Part shown: piece by piece, positions 8,768 to 17,392 of the stretch
How the letters are laid out: every line of letters begins with the position of its first letter
Position numbering within the stretch: the stretch's first letter is position 1
From: Candidatus Nitrospira inopinata
GTDB lineage: Bacteria; Nitrospirota; Nitrospiria; Nitrospirales; Nitrospiraceae
NCBI RefSeq assembly: GCF_001458695.1
Contig: NZ_LN885086.1
Span: forward strand, 870,001-902,000
DNA: 32,000 nucleotides
Direction: 5' to 3'
The notes under the pieces: model-generated
Seen by the model: only the letters and a program-made list of their open reading frames with translations
Told to the model about the DNA's origin: nothing
Databases searched by the model: none
Program-made: the position numbers and the translations under genes

Positions 8768-8797
8768 TTCAAAATGGTGTGTCTTCAAAATGGTGTG
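8768..8797. repeat. perfect 14-bp tandem direct repeat (TTCAAAATGGTGTG x2, 16-bp period)
   Basis: Copies at 8768-8781 and 8784-8797 are identical, separated by TC. The second copy ends 2 nt before the ATG at 8800. Confidence 0.9.
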
Positions 8798-8799
8798 CC

Positions 8800-9996
8800 A
8801 TGGTTCGATTGTCTAGCCTGATGCTTACCTTCTCTCTGAACCTGATGATCGGTATGGCTACCGGGTGCGGAGGCACAACGGATCTCCCTCAACAGCTTCC
8901 CCCCAACAATACGGTCACACTGCAGCTCGTGACGGACCGCCTCTCGTTTCCCGTCTTCATGACGGCGCCCCCTGGCGACAACACGAGGCTGTTCGTTGTC
9001 GAAAAGGAAGGACTCATCCGCATCGTGACCGTGAACGGGGGAGGGATTCTTCCCACGCCATTTCTTGATCTACGCGTTGATCTACGCGGTCAGATTTCTA
9101 CAAGCGGAGAACAGGGATTGCTGGGATTGGCCTTTGATCCAGGCTACTCAACCAATGGCAATCTATATATTTTTTATACGAACCCGTCCGGCAACCTGAT
9201 CATCGCTCGGCTCCAACGAAGGGCAGGAGATCCGAACCTCGCCAACCCAGCATCCCTGACAATTTTGCAGACCATTGAGCATACCACCCACACCAATCAC
9301 AACGGAGGCATGTTGGCCTTTGGTCCGGACCGTTGCCTCTATGCCGGGACCGGCGACGGGGGCGGGAGCGGCGATCCCGACAATAATGGGCAGCGACTCA
9401 CCACCAAGCTCGGCAAACTGCTGCGGCTCGATCCCCGGACGGGAGGCGCTTGCACCAACGAAGGAGTGAACCCTTTTGTTCTTTCAGAAGGAGTGCCGGA
9501 AATCTGGAGCCTTGGTCTCCGCAATCCCTGGAGATTTTCGTTCGATCGAGCCACCGGCGATCTCTACATCGCCGACGTGGGACAGAACCGTCGTGAAGAA
9601 ATCAACGTGTCCCCGGCTCCCTTGGCCGGGCGACAGGCGAACTATGGTTGGCGAGTCATGGAAGGATTGCTCTGTTTTAACCCTCTTGTCAATTGCGATC
9701 AGAGCGGCCTCACCCTGCCGGTGCTCGACTACCCCCATACGGACGGCGCCTGCTCCGTCATCGGCGGCTACGTCTATCGAGGGGCGGCGATGCCTGCATT
9801 GTGGGGAACCTATTTCTATGCGGATTATTGCGCCGGCTTTGTGCGGAGTTTTCGCTTCGTGAATAATCAGGTGACGAACCAGGCGGACTGGCCTCTGTTA
9901 CACCGAAACGGCATCACGAGTTTTGGAGAGGATGCCCAGGGAGAACTGTATCTCATGACTCAAGGAGGGAGCCTCTACAAACTGGTTCCCAACTGA
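8800..9996 (+). CDS. PQQ-dependent sugar dehydrogenase family protein (glucose/sorbosone dehydrogenase-like), probable lipoprotein
   Basis: Motifs EQGLLGLAFDP, HNGGMLAFGPDRCLYAGTGDGG and LGLRNPWRFSFDRATGDLYIADVGQNRREEIN are typical of the beta-propeller sGDH family. The N-terminus MVRLSSLMLTFSLNLMIGMATGC is signal/lipobox-like. Confidence 0.8.
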   Translation: MVRLSSLMLTFSLNLMIGMATGCGGTTDLPQQLPPNNTVTLQLVTDRLSFPVFMTAPPGDNTRLFVVEKEGLIRIVTVNGGGILPTPFLDLRVDLRGQISTSGEQGLLGLAFDPGYSTNGNLYIFYTNPSGNLIIARLQRRAGDPNLANPASLTILQTIEHTTHTNHNGGMLAFGPDRCLYAGTGDGGGSGDPDNNGQRLTTKLGKLLRLDPRTGGACTNEGVNPFVLSEGVPEIWSLGLRNPWRFSFDRATGDLYIADVGQNRREEINVSPAPLAGRQANYGWRVMEGLLCFNPLVNCDQSGLTLPVLDYPHTDGACSVIGGYVYRGAAMPALWGTYFYADYCAGFVRSFRFVNNQVTNQADWPLLHRNGITSFGEDAQGELYLMTQGGSLYKLVPN

Positions 9997-10092
9997 CGAG
10001 AATTTCTCTTCTTTCTCATCAGCCACCGTTGCCTCCTATCAAACGCGGTGGAGCAGGACAGAGCCCTCCTCACCGTCGGCTCTTACTTCCCG

Positions 10093-10842
10093 TTACCGTG
10101 GCTCCTCGCCGCCTCTAGGTCTGACGAGCGGAACGAACCTGACGAGCGTGAGCGTCTCTCGTTCATAGCCGTTCTCCGTCCGGCGGTAGAGCTCCAGCCG
10201 CTGCAGGTCCTTGCCGACGGGAATGATGAGTTGGCCACCGATCGCCAATTGATCGAGCAGAGGCTGCGGCACCGTTTCTGGCGCAGCGGTGACGATGATG
10301 GCATCAAACGGCGCTTCCTCCGGCCACCCTTCATGGCCGTCCCCGACTCGCACTCGCACATTCGTATACCCAAGCTCCGCCAGGGTCCGTTCCGCTTGAC
10401 GAGCAAGGGGCTCTAACAGTTCGACGGAAAAAACCCGATCGACCAGCTCGGCCAACACGGCCGCTTGATAGCCAGATCCGGTGCCGATCTCCAGCACCTT
10501 ATCCGTTCTTTTGAGGTGCAGATGTTCCGTCATCTCAGCCACTAGCGAAGGTTGCGAGATGGTCTGGCCATAGCCGATCGGCAGGGGACTATCGAGATAG
10601 GCGGAATCGGCATAGGACGGGGGCACGAACCGGTGGCGCGGGACTTTTCTCATGGCGGCAATCACCGCCGGATCGCGAACGCCGTGGGGGATGACGTCCC
10701 GATCGACCAGCCGGTCCCGTTCTACCTGACGGTTTGAATCCCTGGAAAGGGAGTCGGCTCCGCTCCTGTTACAGGAGAGGCTCCACATCGACCAACAGAC
10801 GAGAAGACAGAAGAACGCACCACGCCGAAGTCGTGCTCCCAT
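10093..10842 (-). CDS. pcm: protein-L-isoaspartate O-methyltransferase with a hydrophobic N-terminal extension
   Basis: Motifs VPRHRFVP, GYGQTISQPSLVA, VLEIGTGSGYQAAVLA and FDAIIVTAAPETVPQPLLDQLAIGGQLIIPVG. Start ATG at 10842 (MGARLRRGAFFCLLVCWSMW...). ATG at 10788 is an alternative. The ORF-track start at 10980 is unlikely. Confidence 0.85.
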   Translation of the reverse strand: MGARLRRGAFFCLLVCWSMWSLSCNRSGADSLSRDSNRQVERDRLVDRDVIPHGVRDPAVIAAMRKVPRHRFVPPSYADSAYLDSPLPIGYGQTISQPSLVAEMTEHLHLKRTDKVLEIGTGSGYQAAVLAELVDRVFSVELLEPLARQAERTLAELGYTNVRVRVGDGHEGWPEEAPFDAIIVTAAPETVPQPLLDQLAIGGQLIIPVGKDLQRLELYRRTENGYERETLTLVRFVPLVRPRGGEEPR

Positions 10843-10995
10843 TGCAGCACTGTTACTCGACCAAGATGATTCCGAAGCGGCGATGCCTCGCCCCATGTCT
10901 TGATTCGAAGATGTGGTCGAAGATCGGGCACAGACGGACCCTCTTCCCCACAGGGAAAATGCCACAGAAGAGAGGCTCAAGGGAACGAGCCTTTC

Positions 10996-11196
10996 TTAAT
11001 CCAACACAAACGTGACCTTCAGATCCACACGATACAAGACGACCTTGCCGTCTTCGACGACCACGTGTTGTTCCTTCACCCACGCCGACTTGATGTTTCG
11101 GACCGTCTTCGAGGCACGGTTGATCCCTTCGACGATGGCGTCTTCAAAACTCTTGGGCGACTCGGAACTGATCTCGATGATCTTGGCAACGGACAT
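10996..11196 (-). CDS. dodecin family flavin-binding protein
   Basis: 66 aa. MSVAKIIEISSESPKSFEDAIVEGINRASKTVRNIKSAWVKEQHVVVEDGKVVLYRVDLKVTFVLD follows the dodecin pattern over its full length. Confidence 0.8.
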   Translation of the reverse strand: MSVAKIIEISSESPKSFEDAIVEGINRASKTVRNIKSAWVKEQHVVVEDGKVVLYRVDLKVTFVLD

Positions 11197-11620
11197 AAAA
11201 GCCCCCTTTCTGTTCTGCGCTCACAGGCGCCGCAATAACGATTGACTTTCCCCGACACGGCCCGCAGCCGTCTCCTTCAAGAAAAGAAGCGGGCATTTTG
11301 CTTCTTCCAGCTACCGAGCAAAGTCGAGGCCTGACAGACTTCGGCGCCACGTTGGAAAGGTTACCCATTTTATCGGGCGGTTCTTCGGTCGCGGGTTATC
11401 GGAGGCGAAAACACTGGGGAACTCTGCGCCAGGACAAACGATCGACCTGTAGCGAGAAGGGGCAAGAGAATATGTCAGATCCCTTCGCGCTCACGTCTCG
11501 TGACCTGCGGGGATGGACCTTGGGAGCTCTGAACCGGTAGAATGCCTCTCATCTTCTTTCATCCACCCCCATAAGACCACGTACCCGACCATCTTTTTGT
11601 AGAAAGGCAGAACCATCGGT

Positions 11621-13393
11621 ATGAAGCACGAAACCGCTCGACCGTCCGTCATCCCCTCCGTCCATGGGTTTTCCCCCGGCTTTGCCGCCCTCGGTCTGGA
11701 AGCGAGGCTGCTCGCCACGTTGGATCAACTGGGCTATGAGGAGCCCACGCCGATTCAGCGAGAGGCGATCCCGCCCCTGCTGGCCGGAAAAGACGTCCTG
11801 GGGCAGGCGGCAACCGGCACAGGAAAAACCGCGGCCTTTGCGCTGCCGCTCTTACAACGACTGGCTCAGGGGGCGAAGGCCCAGCCCGCCGCCTTGATTC
11901 TTGTGCCCACTCGCGAATTGGCCGTCCAAGTCGGTGACGCGGTGAAGCGGTATGGAAAGGAACTCCGCACGAGCGTCTTAACCCTCTATGGAGGACAAGC
12001 CATGGGGCCTCAGCTTCATGCCCTCAAGCGCGGGGTCGATGTCGTGGTCGCGACGCCGGGCCGCGCCCTCGATCATATCCGCCGGCAGAGCCTGAAACTC
12101 GCACAGGTGCGCGTCGTCGTCCTGGACGAAGCCGATGAGATGCTCGATATGGGGTTCGCCGACGATCTTGACGCCATTCTGGAACAGACGCCGGCGGTGA
12201 AACAGACGGCGCTCTTCTCCGCGACCATGCCGGCCCGGATCAAGTCGATCGCCCAGCGGCATCTCAACCATCCGGTCGAAATCACCATCGCAAAAGAACC
12301 GGTCAAGGTCGGGACCATGCCGCGCGTCCAGCAGACGGCCTACGTCGTCCCCAGGCCCTATCGCGGCGCCGCCCTCGTTCGAGTCTTGGACATGGCCGGA
12401 CCGAAATCCGCCTTGGTGTTCTGCCGGACTCGCGTGGAGGTCGATGACGTCACCGCCCTGCTGAACGGCCGAGGATATCGAGCGGAGGCGCTTCACGGCG
12501 GCATGAGCCAACCTCAACGCGATCGCGTCCTGCAAGCCTTCCGCGCAGGACAGACGAACCTCCTCGTGGCCACCGACGTGGCCGCCCGTGGGTTGGATAT
12601 TCCTCACGTCTCGCACGTGATCAATTTCGACTTGCCCTCGTCGGCGGAGATCTATGTCCATCGCATCGGTCGAACCGGCCGAGCCGGACGAGAGGGCGCG
12701 GCCATGACCGTTCTCGACCCGCGCGAGGAGCGGCTACTCCGCAGCATCGAACGGCTCACCAATGCGAAGGTGACGGTCGCCCCTGTCCCATCGGCGGCCG
12801 ATCTGCTGGCCAAGCGACTTGAGCGGGCCAGAGCGGCGGTACAGGAAGCGATGCGGACGGAGGACATCGGCGGATTCCGAGGGGTCGTTGAAGCGATGGC
12901 CGCATCACATGATCCGATCACGATCGCAGCCGCGGCGATGAAGCTCGTCTTTCGCGCACAGGGCGGGGACCGGGTTGAGGAAGACATTCCCGCCCTGCCG
13001 GTGAGACGGCTGGAGTTCAATCAAACCACGCGGACCATGCCACGGCCGTCGGGCCGAACAGGCGACCGAGATCGCGGCGAGCCGTCGAGATTGAGCAAGC
13101 GACCGTCGATGGGCAGGCCGGATCGAGAACCACCGAACGCGGGCATGGTGCGGGTGTATGTGGGAACCGGGCATCAAGCGGGCATCAGGCCCGGCGATCT
13201 TGTCGGCGCGATCGCCAACGAAGCAAAGGTCCACTCCAAGATCCTCGGCGACATCGAGATTCTCGATCGCTTTTCACTCATCGAAGTGCCGGAAGCGATG
13301 GCCCCCAAGATCATCGACCGATTGGGACGAGCAAGAATCAAAGGCCACAGGGTGCCGGTTCGTCTCTTTCGTGAAGAGAGGGACGCCGGATAA
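11621..13393 (+). CDS. deaD: DEAD-box ATP-dependent RNA helicase (DeaD/CsdA-like) with C-terminal DbpA-type RNA-binding domain
   Basis: Q-motif (F..LGL...L......GYEEPTPIQ), AATGTGKTAAF, VLDEADEML, SAT and HRIGRTGRAG. The C-terminal MVRVYVGTGHQAGIRPGDLVGAI...IKGHRVPV matches a DbpA domain. Confidence 0.9.
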   Translation: MKHETARPSVIPSVHGFSPGFAALGLEARLLATLDQLGYEEPTPIQREAIPPLLAGKDVLGQAATGTGKTAAFALPLLQRLAQGAKAQPAALILVPTRELAVQVGDAVKRYGKELRTSVLTLYGGQAMGPQLHALKRGVDVVVATPGRALDHIRRQSLKLAQVRVVVLDEADEMLDMGFADDLDAILEQTPAVKQTALFSATMPARIKSIAQRHLNHPVEITIAKEPVKVGTMPRVQQTAYVVPRPYRGAALVRVLDMAGPKSALVFCRTRVEVDDVTALLNGRGYRAEALHGGMSQPQRDRVLQAFRAGQTNLLVATDVAARGLDIPHVSHVINFDLPSSAEIYVHRIGRTGRAGREGAAMTVLDPREERLLRSIERLTNAKVTVAPVPSAADLLAKRLERARAAVQEAMRTEDIGGFRGVVEAMAASHDPITIAAAAMKLVFRAQGGDRVEEDIPALPVRRLEFNQTTRTMPRPSGRTGDRDRGEPSRLSKRPSMGRPDREPPNAGMVRVYVGTGHQAGIRPGDLVGAIANEAKVHSKILGDIEILDRFSLIEVPEAMAPKIIDRLGRARIKGHRVPVRLFREERDAG

Positions 13394-13442
13394 ATCAGCC
13401 GGTCCGTCGAGCCCTCCATTCTCTTTCCTGTCATGATCCCCT

Positions 13443-13448
13443 TATAAT
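13443..13448 (+). promoter_or_regulatory. TATAAT -10 box placed for a leaderless or near-leaderless transcript of the downstream oxidoreductase
   Basis: A perfect TATAAT ends 8 nt before the ATG at 13457. There is no Shine-Dalgarno sequence at usable spacing. No convincing -35 was seen. Confidence 0.3.
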
Positions 13449-13456
13449 AGCAAGGC

Positions 13457-14710
13457 ATGACTGCACGACCCCCTCTTCTCATCATCGGCGCAGGGCTGGC
13501 CGGGTTGGCCTGCGCGCGTCGGCTGACCCAAGCCGGTGTTACCTGCACGGTGTTGGAAGCCTCGGATGGAGTGGGTGGGCGAGCCAGGACCGATCGAGTT
13601 GACGGGTTCCTCCTCGATCGCGGATTTCAGGTGTTGCTCACCGGCTATCCCGAAGCCGGCCGGATATTGGACTATGTCTCGCTCGATCTGAAACCGTTTC
13701 ACCCTGGCGCCCTTGTTCATTACAACGGCCGGTTTCATCTCGTGAGTGACCCCCTTCGGCGGCCCCAGGACCTGCTCACAGCTCTCTTCAGTCCCATTGG
13801 TTCGCTCGCGGATAAACGGCTGGCGCTGCGCCTCCGGCGGGATGCCTTGCAGCAACGTCTTTGCGCCCTCGCAGGGGGAGCGGCCCGTCCAAGCGGCGAA
13901 GTCTTACGGGACTACGGGTTTTCCGACGCCATGGTGACACGTTTCTTCAAGCCATTCCTAGGCGGGGTGTTTTTGGAGCCGACCTTGTCCACGCCCTGTT
14001 GGATCTTCGAGCACGTCTGGGCTGCCTTTTCACGTGGAGACGTCGCCCTTCCCAACAATGGCATGGGCGCCATCGCGCAACAACTGGCAGCCTCCTTGCC
14101 GGAGGGGACGGTTCGGCTGAACCAGCCGGTCAAGGCGATTGAGGGCTCGACGGTCCTCCTTCACTCAGGCGAACGGCTGGAGGGAGCCGCCGTGGTGATC
14201 GCGACAGACAGTGACACCGCGCTCCGGTTGCGCGGCGAGCCGTCACGTGAAGGAACCGGGCGAGTCTCCACGACTCTCTACTTCGATGCGCCGGAGCCGC
14301 CTCGGCGGGAACCCTGGTTGATGCTAAACGGCGAGGAGGGGCTGGTCCGCACCGTCTGCGTCCTGAGCGAGGCCGCACCCTCCTATGCCCCGAACAGAAG
14401 AGCTTTGATTGCGATCACGGTCAATGGTCACGGCCATGGGCAGGATGATCTCTCCGAGAAGGTCCGCGCCGGTTTGGAGTCGTGGTTCGGTCCACAGGTC
14501 AACCAGTGGCGTCATCTCAGAACCGACTGCATCCGCCACGCCTTGCCCCCTCTTGATCTGTTGCCTTCTGCGCCGGAGACGACGTCGCCGCGTCTCGCGC
14601 ATGGCCTCTACCAATGCGGTGATTACTGCGAGAGTGGCACATTGGACGGAGCGTTGGTCTCAGGCCGCAGAGCGGCCGAAGCGGTCTTGGCCGATGTCGC
14701 TCTCTCGTGA
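13457..14710 (+). CDS. NAD(P)/FAD-dependent oxidoreductase (amine oxidase / phytoene desaturase-like fold)
   Basis: N-terminal dinucleotide-binding motif LIIGAGLAGLACARRLTQAGVTCTVLEASDGVGGRARTD. Length is typical of the family. Confidence 0.75.
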   Translation: MTARPPLLIIGAGLAGLACARRLTQAGVTCTVLEASDGVGGRARTDRVDGFLLDRGFQVLLTGYPEAGRILDYVSLDLKPFHPGALVHYNGRFHLVSDPLRRPQDLLTALFSPIGSLADKRLALRLRRDALQQRLCALAGGAARPSGEVLRDYGFSDAMVTRFFKPFLGGVFLEPTLSTPCWIFEHVWAAFSRGDVALPNNGMGAIAQQLAASLPEGTVRLNQPVKAIEGSTVLLHSGERLEGAAVVIATDSDTALRLRGEPSREGTGRVSTTLYFDAPEPPRREPWLMLNGEEGLVRTVCVLSEAAPSYAPNRRALIAITVNGHGHGQDDLSEKVRAGLESWFGPQVNQWRHLRTDCIRHALPPLDLLPSAPETTSPRLAHGLYQCGDYCESGTLDGALVSGRRAAEAVLADVALS

Positions 14711-14717
14711 GGATCTC

Positions 14718-15440
14718 TTAACCGCCTTCGCCCATGTTCAAGGAAACTTGAGCAACTGAGTCCACTCCGGCCAGATACGCCGCCATGATGCCCGACAGCA
14801 CGATCCCGTCAAAGGTGCCGGCGCCGCCGATGCTGGCAATACCGGTGGCAATCTTTTCAATGTCCCGAAGGTGCAGCAGATCCGCCCCGATGAGCGGACC
14901 GAGCACCCCGGCGACAAACGCGACGGGCGGCGCGTGATCTGGAACGAGGAGCAAAGCACTCACGGAGGCCACGACGGCGGGAAAGAGGCCGGGCATCGTG
15001 ATCCCGACTCCCTGAACCGGTTTCGCCATCCAGTAACAGACCATCGTATTGATCAGGACCGCGAACAGCAGGCCGACAAGTGCCTGTTGGCCCGTCATTA
15101 CCAGATGCACGGTTTCATAGATGGCCAGCGCGGTCGGAATGACACAGCCACCGACATTGACGGCGATGACCGTCTCGCGGCGAACGCGCTGGAACGCCGG
15201 CCACAGCCCTCCGAGCCCGAAAATGGCGAAGGGATCCACCGGTACCGCCTCGATCCGCGCAATCCGCTTGACGGGAATGTTGATCAGACTCCCGATGAAA
15301 ATCCCAATAACCAAGAGCAGCGCGGTGTGCGGTTCCAGCTTGAGCTTGATCAACGCCGCGGTGAAGAGATGACCGAAAAAGAGCGGGAGCAGCACCAACA
15401 GGACGAAGAAGAACAGGAGCGGAAGCCAACCCATTTTCAT
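14718..15440 (-). CDS. DUF1614 family integral membrane protein
   Basis: Polytopic hydrophobic protein with NVGGCVIP and SIGGAGTFDGIV motifs, which I recall as characteristic of DUF1614. It is convergent with the oxidoreductase, with a 7-nt gap. Confidence 0.6.
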   Translation of the reverse strand: MKMGWLPLLFFFVLLVLLPLFFGHLFTAALIKLKLEPHTALLLVIGIFIGSLINIPVKRIARIEAVPVDPFAIFGLGGLWPAFQRVRRETVIAVNVGGCVIPTALAIYETVHLVMTGQQALVGLLFAVLINTMVCYWMAKPVQGVGITMPGLFPAVVASVSALLLVPDHAPPVAFVAGVLGPLIGADLLHLRDIEKIATGIASIGGAGTFDGIVLSGIMAAYLAGVDSVAQVSLNMGEGG

Positions 15441-15878
15441 CAGAATGCCCCTTTGAGGCTCTCTTCACTCACGACCTGATCGCCCCCCGCTCTTCGTCCT
15501 CAAGCGGCTCGCCTCTCAACCCTCCCAAGACTTCCTCCCTGTCACCTGGCCGAGGTACTGGCCACGCGCAGCACCCCCCAGAAGGCCAGTGGTCCGCTCA
15601 CCAGTGGTTCTCTCAGCCAACATGACGAGTCTTGCACGACCCACTATACCGCAACAAGGAGAAGCCGGCGACGTGGAACTTTTGTGGGGCAAATGAGCCG
15701 AGCCGGCTTTGGTTGTGGGGCGGAGCGGACAACCTCTCGCTTGAGCACGTTTTGACAATTCGATCGCCGCACTCGTCCCCCTAGCTACACACAAGCGGTA
15801 AAGCCCTTTCCGCCAAGATTCGCACGATCCGATAGGCTGGTTCCGATAGGCCGATTGCAAAGGAACACGGTGCTTACC

Positions 15879-16553
15879 ATGAACAGGAATATGCCCTACG
15901 GTTGGCTGTGTCGGCTATTGCTGCTGCCCTTGTCTGTCCTCCTAGACTGCGGAAACAGTGCGTCACCCCTTGAACCATTGCGGGACGCAACGCTCACGCC
16001 GGGGGTAGGCCTCGGAACCCTCGAGCTCGACAAGACCACCTTGCGCGAAGTTCTGGCCTCCATGGGGCGGGGAACGCCGATACTCGTCGTTTCCGATGAA
16101 ACCGCGATCGAGCTTGATTATGCCAATCGGCAACTGGCCCTTCTGTTTCCGCTTACTCGTCTTTGTATGGACAACATAAGAGACATGGCCTTAAGACAGA
16201 TCGTACCGAACCTCGAAGCATGGGTGAACTCCCATCCCTCCTGCGGGGATATCACGCTCACCTCCCTGGCGGTGGCGACCCGCGAGGGGTTCGGATCCAC
16301 GTGGTTTAGGGGCAAGACCAACAAAGGCATCGGTCTCGGACAGTCACTGAAAGAGGTCATCGTGGCCTATGAGCCGCCCGACGATGCCCACGGCCGTCTG
16401 CTGGCCGGACTTGGGCCTTTGACCGATATCGGCTTGTGGGAATACCCCAGCGGCATCCAGTTTTATTTTTCTCCGGAAAAGACGAACAAGCTCGAAGAGG
16501 CCACCATCGTGCACATGACCATCTTTCGTCCGGAGCCCAAGCGTGAGTCGTAG
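15879..16553 (+). CDS. hypothetical exported protein (possible lipoprotein)
   Basis: Clean non-overlapping ORF with signal-like WLCRLLLLPLSVLLDCGNS. ATG at 15879 follows AGGAA. No recognisable domain. Confidence 0.55.
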   Translation: MNRNMPYGWLCRLLLLPLSVLLDCGNSASPLEPLRDATLTPGVGLGTLELDKTTLREVLASMGRGTPILVVSDETAIELDYANRQLALLFPLTRLCMDNIRDMALRQIVPNLEAWVNSHPSCGDITLTSLAVATREGFGSTWFRGKTNKGIGLGQSLKEVIVAYEPPDDAHGRLLAGLGPLTDIGLWEYPSGIQFYFSPEKTNKLEEATIVHMTIFRPEPKRES

Positions 16554-16805
16554 CGCTCCAGTTGCGTAGATTTCCTCCGCCTTCACAGACGGAGAGCTTC
16601 GCCTGGATGAGAAGCTGGTGCGAACAGGCTGCGGATCTCCACAGCCGAGGAATTGAAAAACCATGAGAGCCTTGCCGCCCGAAGCCATGTTGCAGTGACT
16701 TGAAGAGGCTGTGGAGCTGATCTGGGCAGCGAAGCGCCGCCGATGGGAAGACCGGCAGCAACGTATGACTCGATGTTATCCCGCGTGTACTTACGGAAAA
16801 TTCTT

Positions 16806-16833
16806 GGGTTCTACCACGTTTCCACGGACACCT
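16806..16833. repeat. terminal inverted repeat of the IS3 remnant (transposase 3' end)
   Basis: GGGTTCTACCACGTTTCCACGGACACCT. It pairs with the reverse complement of 17393-17420. Confidence 0.8.
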
Positions 16834-17358
16834 GAGTTAAGCGTTGCTTCCCCTCTTGCTGAACTGCCAATCTCCGACGCTGGCGGGGGGTATGCCAGCG
16901 TTCGATGAAGTCCACGATAGCCGCTCTGGCCTCGGCTCTCGGCCGATACTGCCGCCGATTGACCCACTCACACTTGAGCACCCAAAGAAGCTTTCGGCGG
17001 CCGCATTGTCGGCACAACTGCCCACCGCCCTCATGCGCGGTAATGCGGCATCGTTGGATCATCCGAAACTTCTCGTCGACGCTTTCGCGAAGAACGCTGC
17101 CGCCTCGCGCAAAAAATCCCGCTCCTTGGTGACTCAAGCCAGCTCACGCCGCAACTGGCTCAGCTCTTCATCCCGCGAGCACCCATTGCCCACAAAGGCC
17201 TGCTGAGGCTGACGGCGCAATTCACGCCACCACCGCCCCAACACATTGGCTCCGATGCTCAGGTCGGCGGCGATCTGACTTACCATCACCCCCGGCGCGT
17301 CGAGCATGGCCACCGCTTCTCACTTGTCCTCGGCTGAAAGCTTCCGTCGTGTTCCCAT
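16811..17358 (-). pseudogene. IS3-family transposase pseudogene (OrfA with two in-frame TGA codons, fused by deletion to a frameshifted OrfB C-terminus)
   Basis: Reverse-strand translation from ATG 17358 gives MGTRRKLSAEDK*EAVAMLDAPGVMVSQIAADLSIGANVLGRWWRELRRQPQQAFVGNGCSRDEELSQLRRELA*VTKERDFLREAAAFFAKAS. GSCADNAAAESFFG and LKCEWVNRRQYRPRAEARAAIVDFIERW follow in two different frames. The DDE catalytic core is missing. Confidence 0.8.
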
Positions 17359-17392
17359 GACACCCCTCCTGGCCCATTATGGGCCTTATGGG

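Noticed and set aside
10023-10051. Hairpin CCACCG-N17-CGGTGG between the convergent dehydrogenase and pcm genes, as a terminator. A similar CCCCTC-N12-GAGGGG hairpin lies at 8687-8710 after rpiA.
   Set aside because: The stems are only 6 bp with large loops and no flanking U-run on either strand.
15516-15860. 114-aa minus-strand ORF in the divergent intergenic region.
   Set aside because: Ser/Arg/Gly/Ala-rich, with no ribosome-binding site and no domain. It is more likely non-coding regulatory DNA.
16554-16805. Possible gene fragments flanking the IS remnant, for example plus-frame LEEAVELIWAAKRRRWEDRQQ on the left. On the right flank (17425-17545) the minus frame reads IGLTIIAVRVLQRQIVAEATVPDGWIVQF.
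   Set aside because: They are short, interrupted by stops and match no family I recognise, so I cannot show that the IS disrupted a gene.
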